In this document: piece after piece, positions 55,363-64,000 of the stretch
How the letters are laid out: every line of letters starts with the position of its first letter
Position numbering within the stretch: the first letter of the stretch is position 1
Assembly (NCBI GenBank): GCA_963840515.1
Contig: CAWIZI010000010.1
Coordinates: 34,625 to 98,624, forward strand
Source of the DNA: Terriglobia bacterium
GTDB taxonomy: Bacteria > Acidobacteriota > Terriglobia > Acidiferrales > UBA7541
DNA: 64,000 bases
Direction of reading: 5' to 3'
Position numbers and translations under genes: made by a program
Notes under the pieces: model-generated
Database searches by the model: none
The model's input: the letters and a program-made list of their open reading frames with translations, nothing else
Told to the model about the DNA's origin: nothing

Positions 55363-57876
55363 ATGCCGACATACTGCGAAGTCGCGCTTACAGTTCCTCT
55401 GCGCACAACTTTCACGTACGAGCTGCCCGAATCGCTCATCGGAGTGATTGAGCCCGGCTCGCGCGTCGCTGTGCCATTTCGCAATAAGGTGATGGTTGGC
55501 GTCGTGCTTGAGCTAACCGATAAGCCGCCTGACTTCGTGCACGAAAAAAGCGCTCTCGTAAAAATTAAGAAAGTTTCGCGCGCGCTGGACGCGATTCCCG
55601 CACTGCCTCGCACGATGATCGAATTGGGCCGCTGGGTTGGCTCCTACTATTTGGCGACGCCCGGTGATGTATTCCGCGCCATGCTTCCGCCGCTCACCGA
55701 ATTGCGCGCCGAGCGCGTGCTGCGAATCACGCCTGCCGGAGTTGATCGCCTCGCGGAATTGAAATCGATGCAGAATCGCAGCGAAGATGAAATCACAGAA
55801 TCCGCGCTGCTTGAATTAATTTACGTTGAAGGCGCGCCTCTCGAGGCGAAGCGCTTGAAGAGACTGCCTGGTGGCGAAGACGCGTCCGCGCGTCTTCTGC
55901 GGCGCGGATATCTGCTGGCCGAGCAGATTCACAAATCGAAATCAACTCGCACTCAAAAAATTATCGCGTGGAATCTTGCGCATGTGAACGTCACACGAGA
56001 AGTTTCTGTGCCCGCCGACAAAATCATCAAGCCGAAGAAAATATCTGCGAAGGTGACCGAAGCCGAAGATCGCGTGCGCCATGTGCTCGCGGAAGAATCC
56101 GGCCCGATGCCGCTGAAATTATTGCTGGAGCGCGCCGATGCTTCACGCACAGTAATCGATAGAATGTTGCGCGACGGCAAACTCACGTCCTGGGACGAAC
56201 CTGCCATCGCCGACGAAGACGATTTTTTCGACGCCGGTTACACCGCTCCTGCCAATATTTTAAATCCCGATCAAGAGCGCGCCGTTTCTGAATTAAGTTC
56301 GTGGCTCGATCGCGGCGAATTCACGGTCGGTCTATTGCACGGAGTTACCGGCAGCGGCAAGACGGAAGTTTATTTGCGCGCCGTCGCCGAAACTTTGCGC
56401 CTCGGCAAAACTGCAATCGTGCTGGTTCCCGAAATCGCGCTCACTCTTTGGATGGGTCGAATTTTTCGCGCCTGGTTTGGCGATGAAGTAGCCGTGCTGC
56501 ATAGCGCGCTGCCGGATGCGGAGCGTTCGCGCGAATGGTGGCGCGTGCGCCGCGGGGAAGCGAAAATCGTCGTCGGCACGCGCTCAGCAGTCTTCGCGCC
56601 TGTTGCGAATCTTGGGCTCGTAATCGTGGACGAAGAGCACGAGGCCAGCTACAAGCAGGAAGAATCGCCGCGCTATCACGGACGCGACACCGCCGTAATG
56701 CGCGCGAAGCTGGAAAACGCGGCGGTGCTGCTCGGTTCGGCCACGCCTTCGCTCGAAAGCTACCATCACGCGCGCGAAGGAAAGTACGCGTTGCTGAAAT
56801 TGGAATCGCGTGTCGCAAATCGCGAAATGGCCCGCGTGGAAATTGTGGACATGCGGCAGGATTTTAAAAAAACGCATCGTGCAACCGCAATTTCTTCGCG
56901 GTTACGGGAAGCGATCGTAGAACGTCTTGTGACCGGCGCACAATCGCTCATCCTTATTAACCGCCGCGGATATTCTTTTTTGGCGATGTGCCGAAGCTGC
57001 GGCGCGTCAATCCAGTGCGAAAATTGCAGCATCTCGCTCACCTATCACAAGAAGCGTCAGCGCATGGTGTGCCACTACTGTGGATTCAATACTTCCGTCG
57101 TGAAAATTTGTCCCAAGTGTCATTCGGAGTTCGTCTATTTTGTCGGCGAAGGCGCTGAAAGGCTGGAAGAATCCTTGCGCGAGCTTTTTCCGGATGCGCG
57201 AATTGGCCGCTTGGATCGCGACACCGTTCGCACCAAGCGCGAATATCAGAAAATTCTCGGATCATTTGCTTCCGGCAAACTGGATATTTTGGTCGGCACG
57301 CAAATGGTCGCCAAGGGGCACGATTTTCAGCGCGTCACACTTGTCGGAGTTATTTCCGCCGATCTGCGATTAGGCATGCCGGATTTTCGCGCTGCCGAAC
57401 GTACATTTCAATTACTCACTCAAGTTGCTGGGCGCGCTGGACGCGGCGAAATGGCCGGAGAAGTTTTCGTCGAATCATTTTATCCGGAGCATTACGCAAT
57501 TCAGGATGCCGCGCGTCAGGACTTCGAGGGATTTTTCGATCGCGAAGTCCGCTACCGCCGCGCGATGCACTATCCGCCGTTCGCCGCGCTCGCAAATGTT
57601 TTGGTGCGCAACCGTAAAATAGAAAACGCAATTCGCTGGTCGCGTCAACTCGGCGAATATTTCGCGCCATTTGAAAAGCGCGGAGTGCGCGTGCTCGGCC
57701 CGGCTGTCGCTCCACTCGCGCGTTTGAAGGAAGAACACCGTTTCCAATTCTTACTGAAATCTCCAAGCCGCGCATCTCTCCACGAAGCGTTGGCCGGATG
57801 CCTGGATTTCTGCGTGAAGAAACAAATTCCGGAAACCGCAATTGTGTTGGATGTAGATCCACTCAGTTTATTTTAG
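55363..57876 (+). CDS. priA: primosomal replication restart helicase PriA
   Basis: GVTGSGKTEVY Walker A, VVDEEHE, Cys-rich zinc region CRSCGASIQCENCSISLTYHKKRQRMVCHYCG, and GTQMVAKGHDF. Confidence 0.9.
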   Translation: MPTYCEVALTVPLRTTFTYELPESLIGVIEPGSRVAVPFRNKVMVGVVLELTDKPPDFVHEKSALVKIKKVSRALDAIPALPRTMIELGRWVGSYYLATPGDVFRAMLPPLTELRAERVLRITPAGVDRLAELKSMQNRSEDEITESALLELIYVEGAPLEAKRLKRLPGGEDASARLLRRGYLLAEQIHKSKSTRTQKIIAWNLAHVNVTREVSVPADKIIKPKKISAKVTEAEDRVRHVLAEESGPMPLKLLLERADASRTVIDRMLRDGKLTSWDEPAIADEDDFFDAGYTAPANILNPDQERAVSELSSWLDRGEFTVGLLHGVTGSGKTEVYLRAVAETLRLGKTAIVLVPEIALTLWMGRIFRAWFGDEVAVLHSALPDAERSREWWRVRRGEAKIVVGTRSAVFAPVANLGLVIVDEEHEASYKQEESPRYHGRDTAVMRAKLENAAVLLGSATPSLESYHHAREGKYALLKLESRVANREMARVEIVDMRQDFKKTHRATAISSRLREAIVERLVTGAQSLILINRRGYSFLAMCRSCGASIQCENCSISLTYHKKRQRMVCHYCGFNTSVVKICPKCHSEFVYFVGEGAERLEESLRELFPDARIGRLDRDTVRTKREYQKILGSFASGKLDILVGTQMVAKGHDFQRVTLVGVISADLRLGMPDFRAAERTFQLLTQVAGRAGRGEMAGEVFVESFYPEHYAIQDAARQDFEGFFDREVRYRRAMHYPPFAALANVLVRNRKIENAIRWSRQLGEYFAPFEKRGVRVLGPAVAPLARLKEEHRFQFLLKSPSRASLHEALAGCLDFCVKKQIPETAIVLDVDPLSLF

Positions 57877-57898
57877 CGAGCCAAAGCGCAACGCTCGG

Positions 57899-58735
57899 CT
57901 AGTTCGGCGGCGGCGGTGGGAACTTCACGTGCTCCATGGAACGCATTTCGACCGGCTTGCTGCAATTCATGAACGGTGTGTATCGCCACTGCATTACAGC
58001 TTTTTTCGCAGCCTCAACCAGCAGCGGATCGCCGTCTACAATATCGATGGCTTTCACCGATCCATCTGTTGCAACCGTGACGCGCATTCTGACAAAACCC
58101 TCAATGTGCTTTTGGCGTGCTTCGTCAGGATATTCAGGTTCAACGCGATGGATCAATTGGCCGCTCGGAGCGCCGCCGCAAGGATCCGCAAGCCGGATGT
58201 TCGGCGGATCCCAGAATGGGTATCCTCCGGGCCCGAAGAACCTAAATTTTCCGTCCACGTATATGAAATTATCCATCCATGAGACTCGCTCTGTTCCCTG
58301 CGTTGAATAATGTATTTCGTAGTCCTGCGCTGCGGGTATCTGTTTCACTGACTGCGGCGGCGGGGCAGCCGGAGGCTTCAGCTCGACGGCCTGACCTAAT
58401 TTTGTGTATACGGAAGGGTCTGGCCGGTTAAACCCGCGCAGCTTTCTCAAAGTCGACGAAATAAATTGTTTGTGCTGGATCAAATATTGTTTTTCCAATT
58501 CTGGTCCCTGAGTGGGGCCGAACATGTCCGCGAACCACGTTGAAGGAATTGCGAACTCAGCCAGTAATTCTTGTATCTTCGGTTCGTCACCCTTTTTGCA
58601 AGCTTTGAACAATTCCTGATACTGGCCCTCAAATCCGCGCGGAGTGTCGGGAATCACGCGGTCTGCCGCCGAAAGCGATACCGCCGAAATTAGAATTAGA
58701 ATAAATGGCGTAACAGAATTTCGCTTGCAGCGCAT
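57899..58735 (-). CDS. TonB C-terminal domain protein, secreted or anchored
   Basis: Signal FILILISAVSLSAA. C-terminal PEYPDEARQKHIEGFVRMRVTVATDGSVKAIDIVDGDPLLVEAAKKAVMQWRYTP. Confidence 0.7.
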   Translation of the reverse strand: MRCKRNSVTPFILILISAVSLSAADRVIPDTPRGFEGQYQELFKACKKGDEPKIQELLAEFAIPSTWFADMFGPTQGPELEKQYLIQHKQFISSTLRKLRGFNRPDPSVYTKLGQAVELKPPAAPPPQSVKQIPAAQDYEIHYSTQGTERVSWMDNFIYVDGKFRFFGPGGYPFWDPPNIRLADPCGGAPSGQLIHRVEPEYPDEARQKHIEGFVRMRVTVATDGSVKAIDIVDGDPLLVEAAKKAVMQWRYTPFMNCSKPVEMRSMEHVKFPPPPPN

Positions 58736-58757
58736 GCAGTCCTCCGCAGTGAGATCC

Positions 58758-60110
58758 TTATACTACGTTTGGCGCGCGCTTCCGCCAAAATAAATATGCC
58801 GGTAAGCCCAGCAGTATAATCGCCACGCCGAACGCGGAATCTTTCCAATCGGATACGATGGTGTTAATCACCAGCGCCGCTGACGCCAGCACGAACAGTA
58901 TCGGCGTCCACGGGTATCCGGGCACGCGATAGGGAAGTGACGCAGCGGGAATGCGCCGGCGAAAAACAAAAAGGCTCGCGCCCGCCAATCCATAAAAAAT
59001 CCACGCCGCAAAAACCACGTATGTCAGCAACTGATTGAATGTGCCCGTCCACGCCAGTACGGCCGACCAAATTCCGCTCGCGATAATTGCCACAGCAGGA
59101 GTATGAAAACGTGGATGCACGTTCGCGAGTTGTTTGAAAAATAATTTATCCCTTGCCATCGCATAAAAAACGCGCGGCACCGTGAGAATCGCGCTATTCA
59201 CATTGCTGAAAACAGAAACCAGAATAATCACCGCCAAAAATTTGGCAGCCCACGGCCCGGCTACCGCGGAAACAGCGGCTGTCGCAATTCTCGGAGAGTT
59301 TGCGGACTGAACCGGACCGAGCACGATAAAGTACGCGCACACGGGAAGAATATAAATCACGATCAGCGTTAGCCCCGCGGCCAATGACGCGCGAGGGAAA
59401 TCACGAACTGGATCGATCATTTCGGCGGCGCTGAAGCTGATCCACTGCCAGCCTTCGTACGCCCACATCACGCCGATCATGGCCAGTCCAAATCCTGCGG
59501 CGATGCCGCCATCAAAATGCGCGGGCCACAGTGAAGCGCGAACCGCCGAATATTCGTGTCCGCATGCAAATAAAATTCCGCTCATCACAACGATGCCCGC
59601 CATTTTTACGAGCGTCGTCCAGTTTTGCACGTCCGCGCTTTTTCGCGTGCCCAAAACATTCAGCACGGTAAGCAACGCAAGCATCGTGAATCCGGAAAGT
59701 TGCGCGCCAAGATGTGAGAGCGGAATAATTTCGCTGAGATATGTGCTGAAGGCGACGGCGAGCGCGGCATTCGTTCCGCTGGCGATCACCAGAAATAAAG
59801 TCCAGCCGTAAAGAAACGCAGGAAGCGGGCCGAACGCATCGCGAATATAAACGTAAAGTCCGCCCGCTGCAGGATTCATCGCGCCAAGTTCGCCATACGT
59901 CAACGCACCGAGCAAAGAAAGAACGCCGCCCACGATCCACACTAACAATGCGAGCGCAACAGAAAGATGCACTTGCATCAGGATCGTAGCTGGAACTAAA
60001 AATATTCCAGAGCCGATCACCGACCCGATCGTCAGTAAATAAATATCGCGCAGACTTAATGTGCGAACCAGATCGCTCATGCTGGCGCGCATCATACCTT
60101 TTTCGCGCAT
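58758..60110 (-). CDS. APC-superfamily amino acid permease
   Basis: Twelve-TM-like protein with LLTIGSVIGSGIFLVP and GELGAMNPAAGGLYVY. Start moved to internal ATG 60110 to avoid overlap with the upstream gene; the start is uncertain. Confidence 0.75.
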   Translation of the reverse strand: MREKGMMRASMSDLVRTLSLRDIYLLTIGSVIGSGIFLVPATILMQVHLSVALALLVWIVGGVLSLLGALTYGELGAMNPAAGGLYVYIRDAFGPLPAFLYGWTLFLVIASGTNAALAVAFSTYLSEIIPLSHLGAQLSGFTMLALLTVLNVLGTRKSADVQNWTTLVKMAGIVVMSGILFACGHEYSAVRASLWPAHFDGGIAAGFGLAMIGVMWAYEGWQWISFSAAEMIDPVRDFPRASLAAGLTLIVIYILPVCAYFIVLGPVQSANSPRIATAAVSAVAGPWAAKFLAVIILVSVFSNVNSAILTVPRVFYAMARDKLFFKQLANVHPRFHTPAVAIIASGIWSAVLAWTGTFNQLLTYVVFAAWIFYGLAGASLFVFRRRIPAASLPYRVPGYPWTPILFVLASAALVINTIVSDWKDSAFGVAIILLGLPAYLFWRKRAPNVV

Positions 60111-60180
60111 CTTCGCTGCGATTTGATTTTTTGGATTGTCTATCAACAAGGAAAGTGCGGGCGCGTGTGAACTCGCGAAA

Positions 60181-61194
60181 TTAGAACCACGGCTTAGGCA
60201 CAATAATTGGCACGGGCATAAACGACAGCACGAAAATCGACAGTCCCACTGCGGCCCAAACGAATCGCTTGCGATCTAACGGTTCGTAGCGATCGATTAG
60301 CGGCGGATGACGATATCCAATTGCGAGCAACAAAACCGCCCACACAATCCATCCGAGCCATTGAAATGCGAGCAGGCCCAGCGCAGCCGCAACAATTAGC
60401 GTCGCGCGTTTGTGAATCCGGTTTGCAAGCGCGTAAACAATATGTCCGCCATCGAGTTGGCTCGCCGGCAAAAGATTTAGCGACGTGACGAACAATCCGA
60501 TCCACGCGGCGCGCCCGACTGGATGCAACAACAAATCCTGCGCCAGCACGTGGGGCCGCAAAATCGCCATCAACATGCGCATCAACATCGGTTCGCCAAA
60601 TGCAATTTGGGAATTGGTTGCGGCTGCAACTCCCGGAACAATTTTGGAATGCGCGATGGCGAAAGCCAGCGCAGGAACAGTGAATAAAAATCCCACGACT
60701 GGACCGGAAAGTCCCACATCAAAAAGAGCTTTACGATTTGTGATTGCGGAACGAATGCGAATGAACGCGCCCATGGTGCCGAACAGCGAAGGGAACGGAA
60801 TAAAATAAGGATAGCTGGCTGTCATTTCGTAATAGCGGCAAGTGAAATAATGTCCCAGTTCGTGTGCCAGTAAAATTCCCATGAGAGTAATTGCAAATGG
60901 AAGACCTGCGAGCAACACGTGCGGATCGCGCAGCGCCAAAAAATAAACGTGGAAGAAATCGTCGAACGAAGGCATTTGGCCGCGCGCGTAGGCCAAAGAA
61001 AAATCGACTCCCGCGGCGAGCGTGGAAATAATTGTGACTGCAAATAAAATCAGCGAGATCGCAAATGATCTGCCAGAGCGATACGGACGGGGAGGCTTAG
61101 GCGTTTTTTGCGGAGCCACTTCGCGCGGCGGCGATTCCAGCGAAATTACTTCCACTGGAACGCGGCCATTTCCGTTTCCATTTCCGTAAGACAT
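60181..61194 (-). CDS. site-2 protease family (peptidase M50) membrane metalloprotease
   Basis: LLAHELGHYF HExxH within a TM helix, and a downstream LNLLPASQLDGGH motif. Confidence 0.85.
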   Translation of the reverse strand: MSYGNGNGNGRVPVEVISLESPPREVAPQKTPKPPRPYRSGRSFAISLILFAVTIISTLAAGVDFSLAYARGQMPSFDDFFHVYFLALRDPHVLLAGLPFAITLMGILLAHELGHYFTCRYYEMTASYPYFIPFPSLFGTMGAFIRIRSAITNRKALFDVGLSGPVVGFLFTVPALAFAIAHSKIVPGVAAATNSQIAFGEPMLMRMLMAILRPHVLAQDLLLHPVGRAAWIGLFVTSLNLLPASQLDGGHIVYALANRIHKRATLIVAAALGLLAFQWLGWIVWAVLLLAIGYRHPPLIDRYEPLDRKRFVWAAVGLSIFVLSFMPVPIIVPKPWF

Positions 61195-61281
61195 GGGGGA
61201 ACCAGTTTAGCGTGTTTTTGCGCAGCAACAGAATGCGAAGGTGACGGCTAACTGAGGAAATGGGTTTTCAAAAATATGTTC

Positions 61282-61554
61282 TTACGCCTCGAGCTGCTGC
61301 AATTCTTTGCCGGGTTTAAATCTCACAACTCGGCCTGGAGGAATCATCACTTCTTGTCCGGTGCGCGGATTTCGGCCCATTCCGGTTTTGCGCGAACGCA
61401 CGGTGAAAACGCCAAAGCGGCGCAGCTCGATGCGATCGCCGCGGCGCATCGCGTCTTTCAGCGATTGGATCACAGTTTCCACGGCGTCTTCGGCTTTCGT
61501 GTTGCTCACGCCTGTTGCCGCGACCACGGCTTTCACGATGTCAACTTTAATCAC
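61282..61554 (-). CDS. IHF/HU-family DNA-bending protein
   Basis: 90 aa with RIELRRFGVFTVRSRKTGMGRNPRTGQEVMIPPGRVVRFKPGKEL. Confidence 0.85.
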   Translation of the reverse strand: MIKVDIVKAVVAATGVSNTKAEDAVETVIQSLKDAMRRGDRIELRRFGVFTVRSRKTGMGRNPRTGQEVMIPPGRVVRFKPGKELQQLEA

Positions 61555-61679
61555 GCTGGCCTCCGGAATCTCAACTGCGAGCTTATGCTAGTCAGCGAGT
61601 TGCGGGTTGTCAAGCGAGCGACGGCATACTAAACTGCGTTTTCAATTTACAAAACTAAATTTAATTTCCGGAGAGCCGA

Positions 61680-62234
61680 ATGAGCGTAATGCCCGACCAC
61701 TGGATTCGCCGCATGGCGATTGAACACAAAATGATTGAGCCGTTTGAAGATCGCCAAGTGCGCGATGGCGTGATCAGTTACGGCGTCAGTTCTTACGGAT
61801 ACGATTTGCGTGTGGCGGACGAGTTCAACATTTTCACCAACGTGAATTCCAGCATTGTGGATCCGAAACATTTTGATAAGCGATCGTTCGTTGAATTTAA
61901 GGGAGACGTTTGTATTGTGCCGCCGAATTCTTTTGCTCTCGGACGTTCGATGGAATATTTTCGGATTCCGCGGAACGTGCTTACAATCTGCGTCGGAAAA
62001 TCCACATACGCGCGCTGCGGAATTATTGTGAACGTCACTCCCTTTGAGCCGGAATGGGAAGGATTCGTGACGCTTGAAATTAGCAACACCACTCCGCTTC
62101 CGGCGAAAATTTACGCCAATGAGGGATTGTGTCAGGTGATTTTTCTTAAGGCTGATTCGGACTGCGAAATTTCGTACAAGGATAAGAAGGGGAAGTATCA
62201 GTCGCAGCAGGGGATTGTGCTGCCGAGATTGTAA
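61680..62234 (+). CDS. dcd: dCTP deaminase
   Basis: [41 protein letters not shown] and [11 protein letters not shown]. Confidence 0.9.
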   Translation: MSVMPDHWIRRMAIEHKMIEPFEDRQVRDGVISYGVSSYGYDLRVADEFNIFTNVNSSIVDPKHFDKRSFVEFKGDVCIVPPNSFALGRSMEYFRIPRNVLTICVGKSTYARCGIIVNVTPFEPEWEGFVTLEISNTTPLPAKIYANEGLCQVIFLKADSDCEISYKDKKGKYQSQQGIVLPRL

Positions 62235-62258
62235 CGAGGGGCGGCGGGGGAACAGGTT

Positions 62259-62324
62259 AAAAACTGCATTATAATGCAGTTTTTGCGGCGGAAAGTCTAA
62301 AAAGTGCATTATAGTGCAGTTTTT
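62259..62324. repeat. two tandem copies of an A5/T5-flanked palindrome (period about 40 nt) downstream of dcd
   Basis: AAAAACTGCATTATAATGCAGTTTTT (62259..62284) is a perfect 26-nt palindrome. AAAAAGTGCATTATAGTGCAGTTTTT (62299..62324) is a degenerate copy. Each is followed by G(C/A)GGCGGAAA. Confidence 0.7.
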
Positions 62325-62469
62325 GAGGGCGGAAAAAGATGGGAAAAGCGCTTAACGTAGAGTTCGCAGAGACGCTGAGGGAAGATTTGAGAACAGAACA
62401 GAGAGACAAGTGCAGCCTACGAAGTCTTCGGATGAGGGCGCAGCAAGCCGCGCCCCTACAGCATTTTTA

Positions 62470-62560
62470 CACTAAGTCGTTTATTAGCACACACTTGCGC
62501 ACTAGATCGTCGTAAGTCCTTTATTAGCACACACATGACTTTCGACCCCCGGGGTGGGGG
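62470..62560 (-). repeat. dispersed intergenic repeat, copy 2 (inverted relative to copy 1)
   Basis: The reverse complement reads CCCCCACCCCGGGGGTCG...GTGTGTGCTAATAAAGGACTTACGA...GTGTGTGCTAATAAACGACTTAGTG, matching 30999..31087. Confidence 0.75.
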
Positions 62561-62651
62561 TGCGAGGGAAAATGAATTTCGGGTATTTTTCCTGGCGGCG
62601 CGGTGGAGCTAAGTGCCTGATAGTTAATGAGTTAGCAGAAGGGAATTGCGT

Positions 62652-64000
62652 GTGACGTCATTTTTGCTTCACCTGAAAGGTGGCGCGCGCATGCTGCTGC
62701 GAGATCGCAGCCTTGCTTGCGTGTGCCTGCTGGCGCTTGCTCTCGGAGTTGGCGTGAGCACGGCAATGTTCAGTGTGCTGCACGCCGTGGTGTTGGAACC
62801 ATTTCCGTTTCCTGACCAGAACAAAATTGTTGCCGGATGGAGGACCAACCCGAGAACCGGATCTAGATTTGAAGAACTTTCTTACCTCGACTACAAAGAC
62901 TGGCGCGATCAGTCCAAGAGTTTTCAGGATCTGGCTGCTATGCCGACGACCTCGTACGGATACAGCTACGTCCTAAGCGGAAGAGGAGAATCGAAGCAAG
63001 TAGAAAGCTCGCGCGTAACAGCGAATTTCTTTTCGGTGTTGGGAATTCATCCGGTACTCGGGCGCGCGTTCAATCCGGACGAAGATCGCGTCGGCGCAAA
63101 TCCTGTTGTGATCCTCACGCATGATTTTTGGGAAAATGAGTTTGCGTCCGATCCGAATGTTTTGGGCTCTGCAATTACCCTGAGCGGGGTCAACTTCACG
63201 ATCATCGGAGTGTTGCCGGATGGATTTACGTTTCCTCAGGGTGTGGAGGTATTCACTCCGCTGGCGACAAATCAGTCGTGGGTTACGCGCCGTGGCGTGG
63301 CATTTTTGCAAGTGGTCGGACGATTGCGGTCCGGTGTTTCCCTGCCGCAAGCGAATGTCGAGCTGACTACCATTCAATCGCGAATCGCGGCAGCGCATCC
63401 CGAAGCTGAATTTGACGGCGAAATCGCAGTGTTGCAACCGCTGCCGGAATTCATTACCGGTACGAACAAGACTGTCGTGTATCTGCTGTTTCTCGGTTCT
63501 CTGATTTTGCTTCTCATCGCTTCGGTGAATCTGGCCAGCATGTTGGTTACGAAGTCGGTAGCGCGCGAAGGAGAAATCGCGATTCGCGTTGCGTTAGGTG
63601 CGAGCAGAGGCCAGCTCTTCAGTCAATTTGTGGCGGAGGGGCTGATACTTTCTACGTTCGGCGCCGCGATTGGAATTGCCGTTGCCGCTGCGCTGATTCC
63701 AATCATTAAATACATCACACCGACTGATATCCCCAGAATTTCGTCCGTGTCGCTTAATGGGTGGGCATTGCTGTTCGCATTAATTTGTTTGATTCTGACC
63801 ACCTGCGTATTCGCGTCCGCGCCACTGCTGCTGATTCGAGATCGCAATCTGCAGAAGTCACTCAGAAATCTTGGCAACACGGTGGCCGGCGGAATGCGCA
63901 GCCGGAGACTCGGCCCCGCGTTCTTGGTCGCGCAAGTATCCGCAAGTCTGGCGCTGCTGGTGCTTGCGGGAACAGTCGGGAAAAGCGTTCACAATCTTCA
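62652..64000 (+). CDS. ADOP-family (TIGR03434-type) FtsX/MacB-like permease; 5' part only, runs off the right edge
   Basis: The frame is open from 62631 to the window end, which is why it is absent from the track. Reads HLKGGARMLLRDRSLACVCLLALALGVGVSTAMFSVLHAVVLEPFPFP..., then a MacB-like periplasmic domain, then FtsX block IAIRVALGASRGQLFSQFVAEGLILS. The GTG 62652 start is tentative; ATG 62691 is the alternative. Confidence 0.75.
   Translation, partial: MTSFLLHLKGGARMLLRDRSLACVCLLALALGVGVSTAMFSVLHAVVLEPFPFPDQNKIVAGWRTNPRTGSRFEELSYLDYKDWRDQSKSFQDLAAMPTTSYGYSYVLSGRGESKQVESSRVTANFFSVLGIHPVLGRAFNPDEDRVGANPVVILTHDFWENEFASDPNVLGSAITLSGVNFTIIGVLPDGFTFPQGVEVFTPLATNQSWVTRRGVAFLQVVGRLRSGVSLPQANVELTTIQSRIAAAHPEAEFDGEIAVLQPLPEFITGTNKTVVYLLFLGSLILLLIASVNLASMLVTKSVAREGEIAIRVALGASRGQLFSQFVAEGLILSTFGAAIGIAVAAALIPIIKYITPTDIPRISSVSLNGWALLFALICLILTTCVFASAPLLLIRDRNLQKSLRNLGNTVAGGMRSRRLGPAFLVAQVSASLALLVLAGTVGKSVHNL

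Noticed and set aside
61647-62309. 220-aa minus-strand ORF opposite dcd
   Set aside because: It is antisense to a clear dCTP deaminase and reads as low complexity.
62339-62479. 46-codon ORF (MGKALNVEFAETLREDLRTEQRDKCSLRSLRMRAQQAAPLQHFYTK) in the dcd-ADOP spacer
   Set aside because: It runs through repeat-derived sequence, has no convincing ribosome-binding site and no coding signature. It is more likely a by-product of the intergenic repeats.

Overview
Gene-dense, moderately GC-rich chromosomal window. It most likely comes from an Acidobacteriota (Terriglobia-type) genome, because it carries lineage-signature families: two TIGR03435 'soil-associated' proteins ending in IDHVERPSGN, a TIGR03436-type VWFA protein, and an ADOP/TIGR03434-type FtsX permease. 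From left to right: a GDP-mannose cluster (phosphomannomutase, frameshifted manC, manA), an aminotransferase, and coaD. Next is a complete ISC Fe-S operon (iscR-iscS-iscU-iscA-hscB-hscA-fdx-iscX) followed by tRNA-Glu. An accessory-looking block follows: a four-gene minor-(pseudo)pilin operon, a translationally coupled Ig-repeat lipoprotein/unknown/matrixin operon, and an ECF sigma/anti-sigma module. After that come a TIGR01777 protein with a large acidic insertion, a MoaD-MoaE fusion, VWFA and amidohydrolase genes, a DUF433/DUF5615 toxin-antitoxin-like pair, and a nucleoside salvage operon (deoA-nupC-PNP-cdd-deaminase). Then come a GAF-GGDEF cyclase and an orphan microcompartment pair (a PduA-like BMC-H shell protein plus an AdhE-type acylating aldehyde dehydrogenase with a long C-terminal tail). 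The rest is a conserved envelope and housekeeping block: a giant LptC/LptA-like protein, lptB, rpoN, rapZ, msbA-like, yicC, gmk, rpoZ, coaBC, udg, priA, a TonB-C protein, an APC permease, an M50 protease, IHF/HU, dcd and the ADOP permease. I saw no rRNA, CRISPR array, transposase or integrase. The most unusual item is the two-gene BMC shell + aldehyde dehydrogenase module, which has no vertex protein and no other metabolosome core enzyme anywhere in the window. Other points worth a second look are a roughly 90-nt dispersed intergenic repeat (two inverted copies), tandem palindromes after dcd, a textbook promoter plus IscR-type operator, and several atypical domain insertions and fusions. All family assignments come from motif recognition by eye; no searches were run.
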